Source of the DNA: a virus
Reading direction: 5' to 3' (one strand)
IMG/VR virus record: IMGVR_UViG_3300045972_000084
Coordinates: 1 to 64,000 of that record
Length of the DNA stretch: 64,000 nt
A model generated the notes under the pieces. That model ran no database searches. It was not told the origin of the DNA and saw nothing but the letters and a program-made list of their open reading frames with translations. A program made the position numbers and the translations under genes. Within the stretch, counting starts at the first letter, position 1; each line of letters begins with the position of its first letter. Below, piece by piece: positions 1 to 9,740 of the stretch.

Positions 1-1
1 T

Positions 2-229
2 CAAGACGCCAAGGGCGATGTAATTGCAACTGCTCCCATTCAAACGGCGAGCCCTTCAAAGCCGAATGTCAAGGCAGAAGCTGATGCCAAGGCGGCCAGC
101 GATGCTGAAGAGTTCCGCAAAGCCTTTGCTGACACTCCAGACGTTGGTGAGACGCGCAAGCATCAAAGCAATGCACCTCTGGAAAACGCTGTATCTCCAG
201 TCGCTCTGGTTATTGAAGCCAAGAAGTAA
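2..229 (+). CDS. 3' end of an upstream gene (partial); possibly terminase large subunit by synteny only
   Basis: Frame 2 is open from the window edge to TAA at 227-229. The stop overlaps the portal ATG (TAATG). No motif recognised. Confidence 0.4.
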   Translation, partial: QDAKGDVIATAPIQTASPSKPNVKAEADAKAASDAEEFRKAFADTPDVGETRKHQSNAPLENAVSPVALVIEAKK

Positions 230-2574
230 TGAGCGAAGACCTTCAGTACGCGCTAGCAGCCAAGGAGGCTTACGGCAACGACGGCGAAGTTGCGCCTCTT
301 GCGGCCCTTGGCCCGCGCATGCTGATGGAGTTTGCCGAGGCTGAAGCGGATAGGCGTATCACTGAGCTTCGATGGCTCATGGATCTGCGCCAGTTCCGTG
401 GCCAATACGACCCAGAAGTGTTGGCACTGATTGGACCCAAGCGTTCGCGTGCGTTTGTGCGCAAGACCCGGGTCAAAGTCAAGACAGCGAATAGCCGTGT
501 GGAAGATCTGCTTTTCCCCTCTGGCACTGAGAAGAATTACGAAGTAGACACGTCTCCAAAGCCTAGCGTTCCGAAAGAAATTCGCACAGGAATTATTCAG
601 CAGTTGACGATGATGGCCAAGCAGGCCATGCAGCAAGACCAGAGCATGCAGGTTCCTCCTATTACGAAAGACGTAGTCGAGAAGGCTGTCCTTCAGGTCT
701 GTAAGGAAGCTGCAAAGGCGATGTCTTCCACGATTGAAGACCAGTTGACTGAGGTTCGTTACAAGCAGATTTGCAAGCAGGTTATCAATTCTGCACACCT
801 TTATGGAACTGGTGTTCTAAAGGGTCCGCTGGTTGAGCGCCGGGTACGTTCTAGATTCGTCAATGAGAACGGCAAGTGGGTAGAGAAGAGTGAGGCCTAC
901 ATTGTCCCGTTCATTGACTACGTTCCGCTGTGGCGTCTGTACCCAGACATGGGTGCTGATGAACTGAGCAAGTGCCGGTATATATTTGAGCGTCACCAGA
1001 TGACGCATGCAGATCTGGCTGAGCTATCGCAGAGGAAGTCATTCCGTGGTGAGGTCATTAAGGCCTACCTGGAGTCTCATCCGCGTGGAGAGACGACCGT
1101 CAAGTTCATTGATAACGAGCTGAAGATCATTGGAGATCGTAATTCCAAGCAGGGCAACAATGACGGCAAGTATGAAGTCCTGGAGCGCTGGGGTTGGTTG
1201 ACTGGTGATGATTTGAAGCAAGCTGGCGTTGATGTGAAAGATGACCGCCTTCATGAGTCGTTCTTCAGCAACGTCTGGCTGCTCCCTAATGGCGAGGTGA
1301 TCAAGGCAGTCCTGCAGCCGATCAACGGCGTTACCTGGCCGTACCACTTCTACTACTTCGACAAGGACGAGACATCGATATTTGGCGAAGGCCTGGCCAC
1401 TGTCATGCGTGACGATCAGACCATGATCAACGCGGCAACCCGCTTGATGCTGGATAACGGAGCGCTGACATCTGGCTCAATGCTTGAGGTCAACACCGGC
1501 CTGCTGTCGAGCATGGAAGATGGCACTGAAGCCTACCCATGGAAAGTCTATCTACGCAACTCGCAACAGCCTGGTGTTCCTGCTGTGCGGGCAATCGACC
1601 TTCAGTCGAGGCTCCAGGATCTTGGTGGCCTTGCTGATAGGTTTGAGAACAACGCAGACGAAGTGTCTGCAATTCCTCGTTACATGACCGGTGAGAACCA
1701 AAGTCAGGGCGCTGCCGGAACTGCTTCAGGAATGTCCATGCTGCTTGGCGCTGCCAACATCATGATCAAGGATCTGATCAGCGCATGGGATGAGGGTGTG
1801 ACCCGGCCGTTCATTGAGGCGATGTACCGCTGGAACATGCAGTTCAATCCTGATAACTCAATCAAGGGCGACTTCTGCGTGTCGGCTAAGGGCTCAAGCT
1901 CCTTGGTGGCGCGCGAGGTGAGGGCGCAGCAACTGGACCAATTCAGCCAAATGGTTGCTAATCCAATGGATGCGCCATTCATCAAGCGTGACAAGCTCCT
2001 GCGCCAGCGCGCTGAGGCTCATGAGCTTAGTGACATTGTGAAGACGGAAGAGGAAGTTAAGGCAGAGCAAAACAACGGCCAGCTCGCTATGCAGGCTCAG
2101 CTCCAGCAGCAAATGCAACAGCTCCAGTTGGCAGAGCAAGGCCAGAAGGTCGCATTGCTTACGGCCCAGGCAGCCCAGGCAAGCGCCAATGTGGCCCTGA
2201 CCAATGCCAAGGCTATGGAGTCCAAGGTAGCAGCGATTTACGCGGCTCTGGAGGCTGGTGGTGTGGCTACATCGAACCCACGCATTGCCCCGGCCGGAGA
2301 TGAGATCCTGCGCAGCTCAGGCTGGAAAGACGCAACACCAGATCCAAGCATTGCCCAGCTCGATACGACGCCGGTTCAGCAAGCAACGGAAAGCGTGGCA
2401 CCAGATCCATCTATGCAGGGCATTGATCCAAACACGCACCCGAATGCTCCGGCCAATCCGCAGATTCCACAGGTTCAGGCTCCGCAGCCAGATTCAGCAG
2501 ACAGCGCGCCGACCGGGCAAGTAGGCATGCATGCCGGAATTGAGACACCAAGGGTTACCGATGGCCAAGCTTGA
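229..2574 (+). CDS. Portal protein (781 aa) with long Q/A/P-rich C-terminal extension
   Basis: Size and position are those of a portal: immediately upstream of scaffold and major capsid (P22-like order). It is translationally coupled to the upstream gene. Confidence 0.75.
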   Translation: MSEDLQYALAAKEAYGNDGEVAPLAALGPRMLMEFAEAEADRRITELRWLMDLRQFRGQYDPEVLALIGPKRSRAFVRKTRVKVKTANSRVEDLLFPSGTEKNYEVDTSPKPSVPKEIRTGIIQQLTMMAKQAMQQDQSMQVPPITKDVVEKAVLQVCKEAAKAMSSTIEDQLTEVRYKQICKQVINSAHLYGTGVLKGPLVERRVRSRFVNENGKWVEKSEAYIVPFIDYVPLWRLYPDMGADELSKCRYIFERHQMTHADLAELSQRKSFRGEVIKAYLESHPRGETTVKFIDNELKIIGDRNSKQGNNDGKYEVLERWGWLTGDDLKQAGVDVKDDRLHESFFSNVWLLPNGEVIKAVLQPINGVTWPYHFYYFDKDETSIFGEGLATVMRDDQTMINAATRLMLDNGALTSGSMLEVNTGLLSSMEDGTEAYPWKVYLRNSQQPGVPAVRAIDLQSRLQDLGGLADRFENNADEVSAIPRYMTGENQSQGAAGTASGMSMLLGAANIMIKDLISAWDEGVTRPFIEAMYRWNMQFNPDNSIKGDFCVSAKGSSSLVAREVRAQQLDQFSQMVANPMDAPFIKRDKLLRQRAEAHELSDIVKTEEEVKAEQNNGQLAMQAQLQQQMQQLQLAEQGQKVALLTAQAAQASANVALTNAKAMESKVAAIYAALEAGGVATSNPRIAPAGDEILRSSGWKDATPDPSIAQLDTTPVQQATESVAPDPSMQGIDPNTHPNAPANPQIPQVQAPQPDSADSAPTGQVGMHAGIETPRVTDGQA

Positions 2575-2812
2575 TAAGGACCAGGAAGTGCAAAAGAGAT
2601 TGCGTGATGCGACACAAATCGTGCGTGAATACGCTGGATCTGACTGCTCCCGTAATGTGATCGAGATGCTTGATGCGATTGGTCAGAGCTACACCATGGA
2701 CCTGGTGCACTGCACTGTGGATGACCTAGTGCGAATCCAGTCTGCTTTGAAGCAGGTTTTTGCAATCAGAAACGTCTTGGCCGCAGAAGGCTTTGACATA
2801 CCAAAGATTTGA
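2561..2812 (+). CDS. Hypothetical small protein (83 aa)
   Basis: ATG at 2561 with AAGGG 7 nt upstream. It overlaps the portal 3' end by 14 nt. Confidence 0.5.
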   Translation: MAKLDKDQEVQKRLRDATQIVREYAGSDCSRNVIEMLDAIGQSYTMDLVHCTVDDLVRIQSALKQVFAIRNVLAAEGFDIPKI

Positions 2813-2819
2813 GGATGCC

Positions 2820-3056
2820 ATGAGCGACCGCACAATAATTCCATCACGCTTCATCAACGTAACTCCAAACGACTCCACTCCATTGAATGGAGTTATCAGC
2901 CTACTGATTGGTGGAGCTGGCAGCCTGGTTATCCAGGGGACTGATGGGCAGAGCGCAACCATCGCTGTTATTGCCGGGCAGGAAGTCCACGGGAAATTCA
3001 CCCGGGTAATGGCGGCCACCACAGCTACCAGCATCGTTGCTGGAATGACTGATTAA
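2820..3056 (+). CDS. Hypothetical small virion-module protein (78 aa)
   Basis: Internal ATG at 2820 preceded by GAGGA. Followed by a terminator. Confidence 0.5.
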   Translation: MSDRTIIPSRFINVTPNDSTPLNGVISLLIGGAGSLVIQGTDGQSATIAVIAGQEVHGKFTRVMAATTATSIVAGMTD

Positions 3057-3080
3057 AGATTCTCTAACCCCTGAAACAAG

Positions 3081-3103
3081 AGCCCCTTCATTGGGGCTTT
3101 TTT
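3081..3103 (+). terminator. Rho-independent terminator
   Basis: AGCCCC (3081-86) / GGGGCT (3093-98) stem, 6-nt loop, T-tract. Confidence 0.8.
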
Positions 3104-3157
3104 ACGTCAGGACAGTTGGCCGACACCGGCCTTGTAAGCCAGTGAAAGGAAAACATC

Positions 3158-4189
3158 ATGGCAATGACCCCAGAGCAAGCAAAGCAGCAAGAGCAAGAAT
3201 TTTCTGCAGGTTACGCAGAGGATCAACAAAAGGCACCAGAGCAATCTGAAGACGAGGCCTTTGGCCTTAGCCCTGAAACTCCAGCGCAAGAAGCTGCAGA
3301 GCCTGCCGCTGAAGAGGCAAAGGAAACTCCAGCACAGGAATCATCCGAGCAGGCCCAGGCCGCAGAAGGTGGGGCCGATGGAGATACTGGTAATGACCAA
3401 GGAACAGCGCCTCCTGAAGTGGCTGTAGCCCCTGATGCTGCTGATGGAAGCAATGTTGGAGAAGAGCCCACTGACCCGAAAGACATCCAGCGCCAAAAGT
3501 CCTGGGAAGGTCGACTTAAAGCAAAAGAAGCTGAACTCAAGGCCCGAGAAGACGCACTCAAGGGATCTGCAAAGCCAGAAGAATCCACAGCGGAAATGAA
3601 AGCCGATGGGGATACCCCAGCCGAAGAAGCCGCAGAGCCTGCAGTGACAGAAAAGCTTGAGGAAGTTGCTGAGCAAGTCAAGAGCGGAGACATGTCAACC
3701 GAAGAGGCAATGAAGACTTTGTCCTCTGATTTTGGCGAAGACTTTGTCAAGATGCTCAACGTCCTGATTGAAGCCAAGTCTGGAGAAGTTGCCAGCAAGA
3801 CGGCAGACGAAAAGGTTGGTGCTGTCAGCGGAAAGCTCGATGGATTGATTGGAGAGCTGGTTGACGATAAAGCCAAGTCTCACTTCGAGTCCATCTCTGA
3901 AGCTCATCCTGATTTCATGGAAGTTGGCGAGAGCCCTGAGTTCAAAGCCTATGTTGATGCGCTCCCTGCTACAGAAAAAGAGCATGCACTAAATGTGATT
4001 GGAAGCGGTAGCGCTGGAGCAATCAACAAGCTATTGACTGTGTACAAAAAGTCGAAGGAAGCGCCAACGCAAGAAAAGCCAGATGAGTCTGCTATGGACG
4101 CCGCTGAAGGAGTCCGAGGAAAGGCCATCAAGCTTCCTGACCATCCTGATAAGAGCGAAGGTTACGAAGAAGCTTGGAACCAGTTCTAA
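3158..4189 (+). CDS. Scaffolding protein (343 aa, highly acidic, E/A/K-rich)
   Basis: Acidic, helical, low-complexity composition. It lies between portal and major capsid. Confidence 0.65.
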   Translation: MAMTPEQAKQQEQEFSAGYAEDQQKAPEQSEDEAFGLSPETPAQEAAEPAAEEAKETPAQESSEQAQAAEGGADGDTGNDQGTAPPEVAVAPDAADGSNVGEEPTDPKDIQRQKSWEGRLKAKEAELKAREDALKGSAKPEESTAEMKADGDTPAEEAAEPAVTEKLEEVAEQVKSGDMSTEEAMKTLSSDFGEDFVKMLNVLIEAKSGEVASKTADEKVGAVSGKLDGLIGELVDDKAKSHFESISEAHPDFMEVGESPEFKAYVDALPATEKEHALNVIGSGSAGAINKLLTVYKKSKEAPTQEKPDESAMDAAEGVRGKAIKLPDHPDKSEGYEEAWNQF

Positions 4190-4439
4190 AGATTTAGGGC
4201 CACAAGCCCAAACCATTGACCGGTTGGTTACCTGTCCGCATCGCTCAGTGTGCGTAATCACTGAGCAACTTTAGAGCACGACATCAGTCGCGCTGGCAAG
4301 GCACTGGGACAAGCTGCAATGGCTCCCCATTCAAGGTGCTCTTGGCCTGCATACGGCAATCGAGTCAGACAGCTCTTTTTGATCGCTCACACCAATTCCG
4401 GTCGCTGAGCAATTTGTCAATTCATCAAAAGGAAAAATC

Positions 4440-5423
4440 ATGGCAACAGTAGCTTATGGCGATATCACGCCTCGCACCGCCGCGTATGCAGAGAAAGAAC
4501 TCTTGAAGCGCGGCATCCCTTACCTGGTTCTGGAGAAGTTTGGCCAAGCCAAGTCTCTGCCCAGCAACTCGACCAAGGTTGAGAAATTCCGCCGCTACAA
4601 CGCGCTGTCCAACACTCCAGTCACATTGACTGAAGGCGTTACTCCTGCGTCCCAAGCGCTGACTGTGACCGACGTGACTGCAACCCTGCAGCAATACGGC
4701 GGCCTGGTCCAAATCACTGACGTGATCCTCGATACCCATGAGGACAACACGCTCAATGAAGCCATCAATCTGTTGGGCGAACAAGCCGCACAGATGATCG
4801 AGAAGATGCGCTATGGCGTGTTGAAAGCTGGTCTCAATGTGCTGTACGCCAACGGCGCTGCACGTAATGCGGTTAACACCGTGTTGACCACTGCGATCCA
4901 GCGTAAGGCTGTTCGTACCCTGAAGCGTCAGAATGCTCGCCCAATCACTTCGATTGTGCGTTCGACTGCTGCGTTCGGTACGGAAAACGTCACACCCGGC
5001 TTCGTCGGTCTGTGCCACCCTGACTTGGAAGGCGACATCCGCGCCATGACAGGCTTCGTTCCTTCTGAGAAGTACGGCTCGCTGTCTCCTTGGGAAAACG
5101 AAATCGGCAAGGTGGACGATGTTCGCTACGTCACCAGCTCGATCTTCGAGGCATTCCCGGATGCTGGCGGCGCTAAGGGCACCATGCTGTCCACCAGCGG
5201 CACTTTGGCTGACGTATACCCCGTGTTGTTCTTGGGTCGCGATGCCTACGGGATCATCGCTCTCAAGGGTCAATACGCCGTCACACCGATGGTTGTGAAT
5301 CCCAAGCCAAGCGATTCCGATCCTTTGGCCCAGCGTGGTTCTGTGAGCTGGAAGGCTTACCAGACTGCGGTCATCTTGAATGACGCCTTCATGTGCCGTG
5401 CGGAAGTTTCCGCTACTGCCTAA
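4440..5423 (+). CDS. Major capsid protein (HK97 fold; N4 gp56-like family suspected)
   Basis: 327 aa downstream of the scaffold, with GGAAAAATC-ATG RBS. The N-terminus YGDITPRTAAYAEKELLKR resembles the N4-gp56-type capsid family as I recall it. A strong terminator follows. Confidence 0.8.
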   Translation: MATVAYGDITPRTAAYAEKELLKRGIPYLVLEKFGQAKSLPSNSTKVEKFRRYNALSNTPVTLTEGVTPASQALTVTDVTATLQQYGGLVQITDVILDTHEDNTLNEAINLLGEQAAQMIEKMRYGVLKAGLNVLYANGAARNAVNTVLTTAIQRKAVRTLKRQNARPITSIVRSTAAFGTENVTPGFVGLCHPDLEGDIRAMTGFVPSEKYGSLSPWENEIGKVDDVRYVTSSIFEAFPDAGGAKGTMLSTSGTLADVYPVLFLGRDAYGIIALKGQYAVTPMVVNPKPSDSDPLAQRGSVSWKAYQTAVILNDAFMCRAEVSATA

Positions 5424-5495
5424 CCAGCAGCCGAGTGATGTGTGACCTACGGGTTGCGCATCACTTCCCAATTGCCGCCCACGCGGTAACTACCA

Positions 5496-5527
5496 AGCCC
5501 CGCAACTCCGCGCTGTGGGGCTTTTTT
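5496..5527 (+). terminator. Rho-independent terminator
   Basis: AGCCCC ... GGGGCT stem followed by TTTTTT. Confidence 0.75.
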
Positions 5528-5565
5528 CATTCCTGCGCGGGATCAACCTTTCTTAAGGAATCATC

Positions 5566-6090
5566 ATGAGTAAACTTTCCGACCTGACCAACAAGTCGAT
5601 TTCTGACTTGCTTGGCAATATGACATTGAACAAGGCAGTGCTGGCTATCAACGCCGCCTCTGCTGCGACTGTCAAAACCACTTCGGCCATCACCTTCACC
5701 AACAACGGTGTCTTGCTGACGAAGGCCGCCCTGGCCGCTCAATCTGTGGTGGCTACCCACTTCATGAACGGCAAGATGGCTGTGACTGCATCGCAGATCC
5801 AGCCCATCTCCAGCACTGCGTATTACACGCTGGGCTTGGATGGCTCGGGCAACGTATGCGTGTCGCAAGGCTCCGTCGTTGGCCAGAACTTGAGCCAGTT
5901 CCAGATGGGCGTGTCCGCTGTTGGCGATGGCCTGGTGCCTGACGTTCCTACCGGCTTCACTCCTTTCGGTGTGATCAAGGTTGTGACCAATGGCGCAACT
6001 ACCTTCCAGATCGGTACTACCGCCCTGGATGCCGCTGGCTGCACGTTCACGTTCTTTGACGTGGCTGTGATGCCTGCTGGCCTGCTGTAA
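5566..6090 (+). CDS. Capsid-associated protein (decoration/cement candidate, 174 aa)
   Basis: Single gene bracketed by terminators directly after the major capsid gene. Good RBS (AAGGAATCATC-ATG). A/T/S/G/V-rich, beta-type composition. Confidence 0.45.
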   Translation: MSKLSDLTNKSISDLLGNMTLNKAVLAINAASAATVKTTSAITFTNNGVLLTKAALAAQSVVATHFMNGKMAVTASQIQPISSTAYYTLGLDGSGNVCVSQGSVVGQNLSQFQMGVSAVGDGLVPDVPTGFTPFGVIKVVTNGATTFQIGTTALDAAGCTFTFFDVAVMPAGLL

Positions 6091-6106
6091 ACCAGCACCT
6101 TGAATG

Positions 6107-6138
6107 AGCCCCTTGGTAGAGATGCCCGGGGGCTTTTT
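6107..6138 (+). terminator. Rho-independent terminator
   Basis: AGCCCC (6107-12) / GGGGCT (6129-34) stem plus T-tract. Confidence 0.75.
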
Positions 6139-6167
6139 CTTTATCAAAACATTTCATAGGTAACCAC

Positions 6168-6530
6168 ATGGCAACGAAAAACCAATCGCAAATCAGCTCC
6201 ATTGATGACGAGCCGCTAGTGCAGGTATCTCCGGAAGTAATGGCTGCAAACGCAGGCATTGTTCCTGCTGAAAACATGGATGACGGGCTTTCCGGAAAGA
6301 TGGAAATGGTCACAGTCCACTCCTCTTCTGAAGAGAACGGTGGAGATGCAATCCTTCTGATTCACAACGGCTATGCACGCCAGATCCCTCGCGATACGCC
6401 AGTGAAGATCCCCACGGAAGTGGCCCAGGTTCTGCGTGATGCGAAGGTCACTCAGTACAAGCCAGGCCCAGGCGGCGCGGTCACAGAAGAGCAGCGTCCT
6501 CGCTACGCATTCTCTGCTGTTCCAGTCTAG
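6168..6530 (+). CDS. Hypothetical virion-module protein (120 aa)
   Basis: ORF in the late operon. No motif recognised. Confidence 0.55.
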   Translation: MATKNQSQISSIDDEPLVQVSPEVMAANAGIVPAENMDDGLSGKMEMVTVHSSSEENGGDAILLIHNGYARQIPRDTPVKIPTEVAQVLRDAKVTQYKPGPGGAVTEEQRPRYAFSAVPV

Positions 6531-6548
6531 GTCTAAGGGCGGAACAGC

Positions 6549-7193
6549 ATGAAGTTCGATGACTTCTATCCGTACATCGCGCCTGAAGTGTTGGGCTGCC
6601 CAGATCCGATCATGCGCAACGCAGTCAACCTGGCTGCGATTGACTTCACCCGAGAAACTCTTTGCTGGACAGAGCTTCAGTCTCCAATAAAACTTGTTGA
6701 AAACACCCCGGACTATGAGCTGGATATTCCAGCCGGTGCCTACATGACAACCGTCAGGGATGTGTGGTGCGGAGCAAGGAGACTTGCACCGAAGACTATG
6801 GCCGAGATCCAGGAGGCCTTGCCAGACTGGCAGACCAGCACATCCAGCCAGCCAAGTTTTTATAACCAGGGCGTTGACCGTGGATCAATACGAATCTACC
6901 CAACACCGGCCAGCCTCACTGGAGCAGAGACGATTGTTGTGCGCGCTGCTTATGTTCCAACTGCGGCCGCAACAACTCTCCCAGATTTTCTAGGCCAGCG
7001 TCACCTCGATGTCATTTCGAGTGGAGCCAAGTCTCGGCTCATGTTCATGTCTTCCGCTCCGTGGGCCAATAAAGACATGGCAGTTTTCTATAAGCAAGTA
7101 TTCGATGACGGAGTCATCAAATCGAAGATTGATGAGGCTCACGACCGTGTGCGCGGATCGATCTCTGTCAAACCAAGAACCTTCGGACTATAG
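6549..7193 (+). CDS. Hypothetical head/neck-module protein (214 aa)
   Basis: ORF in the late operon, tightly packed with its neighbours. Confidence 0.55.
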   Translation: MKFDDFYPYIAPEVLGCPDPIMRNAVNLAAIDFTRETLCWTELQSPIKLVENTPDYELDIPAGAYMTTVRDVWCGARRLAPKTMAEIQEALPDWQTSTSSQPSFYNQGVDRGSIRIYPTPASLTGAETIVVRAAYVPTAAATTLPDFLGQRHLDVISSGAKSRLMFMSSAPWANKDMAVFYKQVFDDGVIKSKIDEAHDRVRGSISVKPRTFGL

Positions 7194-7200
7194 GTAAAAC

Positions 7201-7884
7201 ATGTCAATCGCAGCTCAATCAATCATCCACCGCGTAGTCGATACGCTTCAAGACAATACCTCGATTCGCTGGCCCGTCGGGGAGCTTGCACGCTACTTCA
7301 ATGATGGACAGCGTGAAGTGATTCTTTACCGTCCTGATGCGATGGTCACGAACACTGCGCAAACTTTGGTATCAGGAAGCAAGCAGGCGATTCCAGCCAC
7401 TGGATCTAAGCTCATTGAAGTCGTAAAGAACACCATAAGCAAGAAGGCTATTCGCCTTTGCAACCGGGAGATTCTTGATGCTCAACAGCCTGGATGGCAT
7501 GCGCTGACAGGTGTCGTTGATGCAGTTCATTACTGCTATGACCCGCGCGATCCAAAAGTGTTTTATGTGTACCCACCAAACACAGGCACAGGATCTGTTG
7601 ATTTGATTTATTCAAATACCCCAACTGACATTACAGAGCCATCCTCTGGAGATTACACGGCCATCACTGGAAACCTTTCAGTACCAGACATCTACGCCAA
7701 TGTGATCCAAGACTACATCCTATATCGAGCCTATGCAAAGGATGCGGACTATGCCGCTAATGGAGCTCGGTCGCAAGCTGCGTATGCCTCTTTTGCTGCA
7801 GCACTTGGAATTGAAATCAAAGCAACTATTGCCATTGGACCAACCTCCAAAGGCAATCCAAATGTGACAGCACCAGCAGCTTAA
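7201..7884 (+). CDS. Hypothetical head/neck-module protein (227 aa)
   Basis: ORF in the late operon. Confidence 0.55.
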   Translation: MSIAAQSIIHRVVDTLQDNTSIRWPVGELARYFNDGQREVILYRPDAMVTNTAQTLVSGSKQAIPATGSKLIEVVKNTISKKAIRLCNREILDAQQPGWHALTGVVDAVHYCYDPRDPKVFYVYPPNTGTGSVDLIYSNTPTDITEPSSGDYTAITGNLSVPDIYANVIQDYILYRAYAKDADYAANGARSQAAYASFAAALGIEIKATIAIGPTSKGNPNVTAPAA

Positions 7885-7894
7885 GGAGTAAGAC

Positions 7895-8362
7895 ATGGCA
7901 ACAGGAAATATCAAATGGTTCCAGCAAGGTTTGTTGGACCTAGGAAATAAAATCCACAATCTCTCCAGTGACGTTCTACAGCTTGGAATCGTCACAACAG
8001 CGACTGTTCCGGCAATGGGTACTGCTGGACCCCACTGGGGTGGAACGGGTACTACCAACTTCGCTACCAATCAGGTTGGTATTGCGGGTGGTTATACGGG
8101 TCCTATCACCCTGGCTGCAGTCACCTGGACCAACGTGGCCGGTGTTCTTACCCTACGAGCTACTGATGTGGTCATTCCACAGAATGCGTCTGGGTTCTCT
8201 AACGCAGCTTGGGGGATCGTATTCAACAGCACTGATGCGAATAAGCGTGCCATAGGCTACATAGAGTTGAGCGCTGGCGGAACTTTGAGCATTGTGTCTG
8301 GCTCTGTGACTGTCGACTTCCAAGGCGCTGGCACTGACGTTCTGACGATCACACCGGCATAA
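7895..8362 (+). CDS. Hypothetical virion protein (155 aa)
   Basis: ORF in the late operon with AGGAG RBS. Confidence 0.55.
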   Translation: MATGNIKWFQQGLLDLGNKIHNLSSDVLQLGIVTTATVPAMGTAGPHWGGTGTTNFATNQVGIAGGYTGPITLAAVTWTNVAGVLTLRATDVVIPQNASGFSNAAWGIVFNSTDANKRAIGYIELSAGGTLSIVSGSVTVDFQGAGTDVLTITPA

Positions 8363-8363
8363 C

Positions 8364-9731
8364 ATGAGTGACAACTACGCCACCAATGCGGGCTCTGGCG
8401 GGGCCACCTTTGCATCAGACGATGTAGGTGGTGTCCAGTACCCTCGCGTCAAAGCCACATGGGGCGTGGATGGGATCGCCACGGATGTGAGCGCCGCCAA
8501 CCCCATGCCTGTAACCAATCAGGATTGCGTGGTACTACTGTCAACAACGATTGCGGCAACAGGGGCGAGCACCAGCATTGACACCCTTGGCTACGGCGCA
8601 GTTGTCATCCAGTTGTCTGGTGTATGGAACGGCAACCTGTACTTTGAAGCGAGCAACGACAACACGAACTGGGACACTGTGTTAGTGTTCTCCCGTGACA
8701 GCCTGAGCTTGCAGGATATTGTTTCGCAGAGTGGTCTTTACACCATTCGCCCCAGTGGTCGATACCTGCATATTGTCACGACTTCCATGAGCGGAACCAT
8801 GACGGTCAACGCTATGGGTCGTGCTGCCGAGGGTATCAGTGCAGGAGACTTGCTATCACTGGCGATGGATCGGCAAAACAACACTCCGCTGTTCACTGAG
8901 TTGAATGACAAGAGTTTGGCTGCCATTTCCCCTGTGCAGGCAATGCAACAGATCGGGTTTTACTCGACAACTGGGAATACCGTAAACCAGACAATACTTC
9001 TATATGCTGACTGCTCTAATTTCCGCAGCCTATCTTTTCAGTGGCAAACCAATGCAGCGTCGTCAATAATTCCAGAGTGGAGTAATAACGGTGTTGTATT
9101 CCAACCAGCCACCACATACGACCAAGCTGGTAACGCAGGCACAACCCTCGCACCTATTAGCAGCGGTATTCGCGTCACGAATGTGTACGCTAAATATTTC
9201 CGAATGCGCTTATCGGGTACATCCAGTGGGCTGCTGGAAGTCACTTTGTTTGGGGGTCAGCACCCTATCGGAGGATCGCCTACTACCCAGCCCGTAACTG
9301 TGTCTAGTGGGACCGTTACGACAGTTACCGCCGTGACAGGGGCTACTGTTACCGCTCACAACGCATCGGCAGTCACCAACGGAACAACCCCAGGTACTTT
9401 GGTTTCCGCAGCCACCAACAATCTTACCCAGATGAAGGCTACGTTGGGCCGCATCTACATGTTGGACGCGACTAACACCACAGCGGTGACGCAGTACATC
9501 AAGCTGTTCGCTCTACCAAGCGCTTCGGTGACGATGGGTACAACTGCAGCGACGATGAATCTGGCTATTCCACCGACTGCATCGGGTGGCCGGTTGATCC
9601 TCAACATCAATGACCTCGGATTGTGCCTGGGCGGCACAGGCATCGCATTCGCTATCACCACTGGCAGTTCACTCACAGACAACACCGCAACAACTGCTGG
9701 CGCTGTCATTCTCAATTACGCATACGCATAA
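8364..9731 (+). CDS. Hypothetical virion structural protein (455 aa)
   Basis: ORF in the late operon. T/S/G/A-rich, beta-type composition. Confidence 0.55.
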   Translation: MSDNYATNAGSGGATFASDDVGGVQYPRVKATWGVDGIATDVSAANPMPVTNQDCVVLLSTTIAATGASTSIDTLGYGAVVIQLSGVWNGNLYFEASNDNTNWDTVLVFSRDSLSLQDIVSQSGLYTIRPSGRYLHIVTTSMSGTMTVNAMGRAAEGISAGDLLSLAMDRQNNTPLFTELNDKSLAAISPVQAMQQIGFYSTTGNTVNQTILLYADCSNFRSLSFQWQTNAASSIIPEWSNNGVVFQPATTYDQAGNAGTTLAPISSGIRVTNVYAKYFRMRLSGTSSGLLEVTLFGGQHPIGGSPTTQPVTVSSGTVTTVTAVTGATVTAHNASAVTNGTTPGTLVSAATNNLTQMKATLGRIYMLDATNTTAVTQYIKLFALPSASVTMGTTAATMNLAIPPTASGGRLILNINDLGLCLGGTGIAFAITTGSSLTDNTATTAGAVILNYAYA

Positions 9732-9740
9732 GGAGCAATC

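Noticed and set aside
24-344. 106-aa + strand ORF at the window start
   Set aside because: It overlaps both the open upstream frame (ending at 229) and the portal gene in a different frame. Its composition is R/K/L-rich junk.
3223-3876. 217-aa and 111-aa minus-strand ORFs inside the scaffold gene
   Set aside because: They are low-complexity S/A-rich mirrors of the E/A/K-rich scaffold gene. The + strand gene has the RBS and the synteny.
4425-5471. 348-aa ORF antisense to the major capsid gene
   Set aside because: It exactly shadows a well-supported + strand gene. Its composition is R/H/G/C-rich junk with no RBS. It is a typical antisense shadow ORF.
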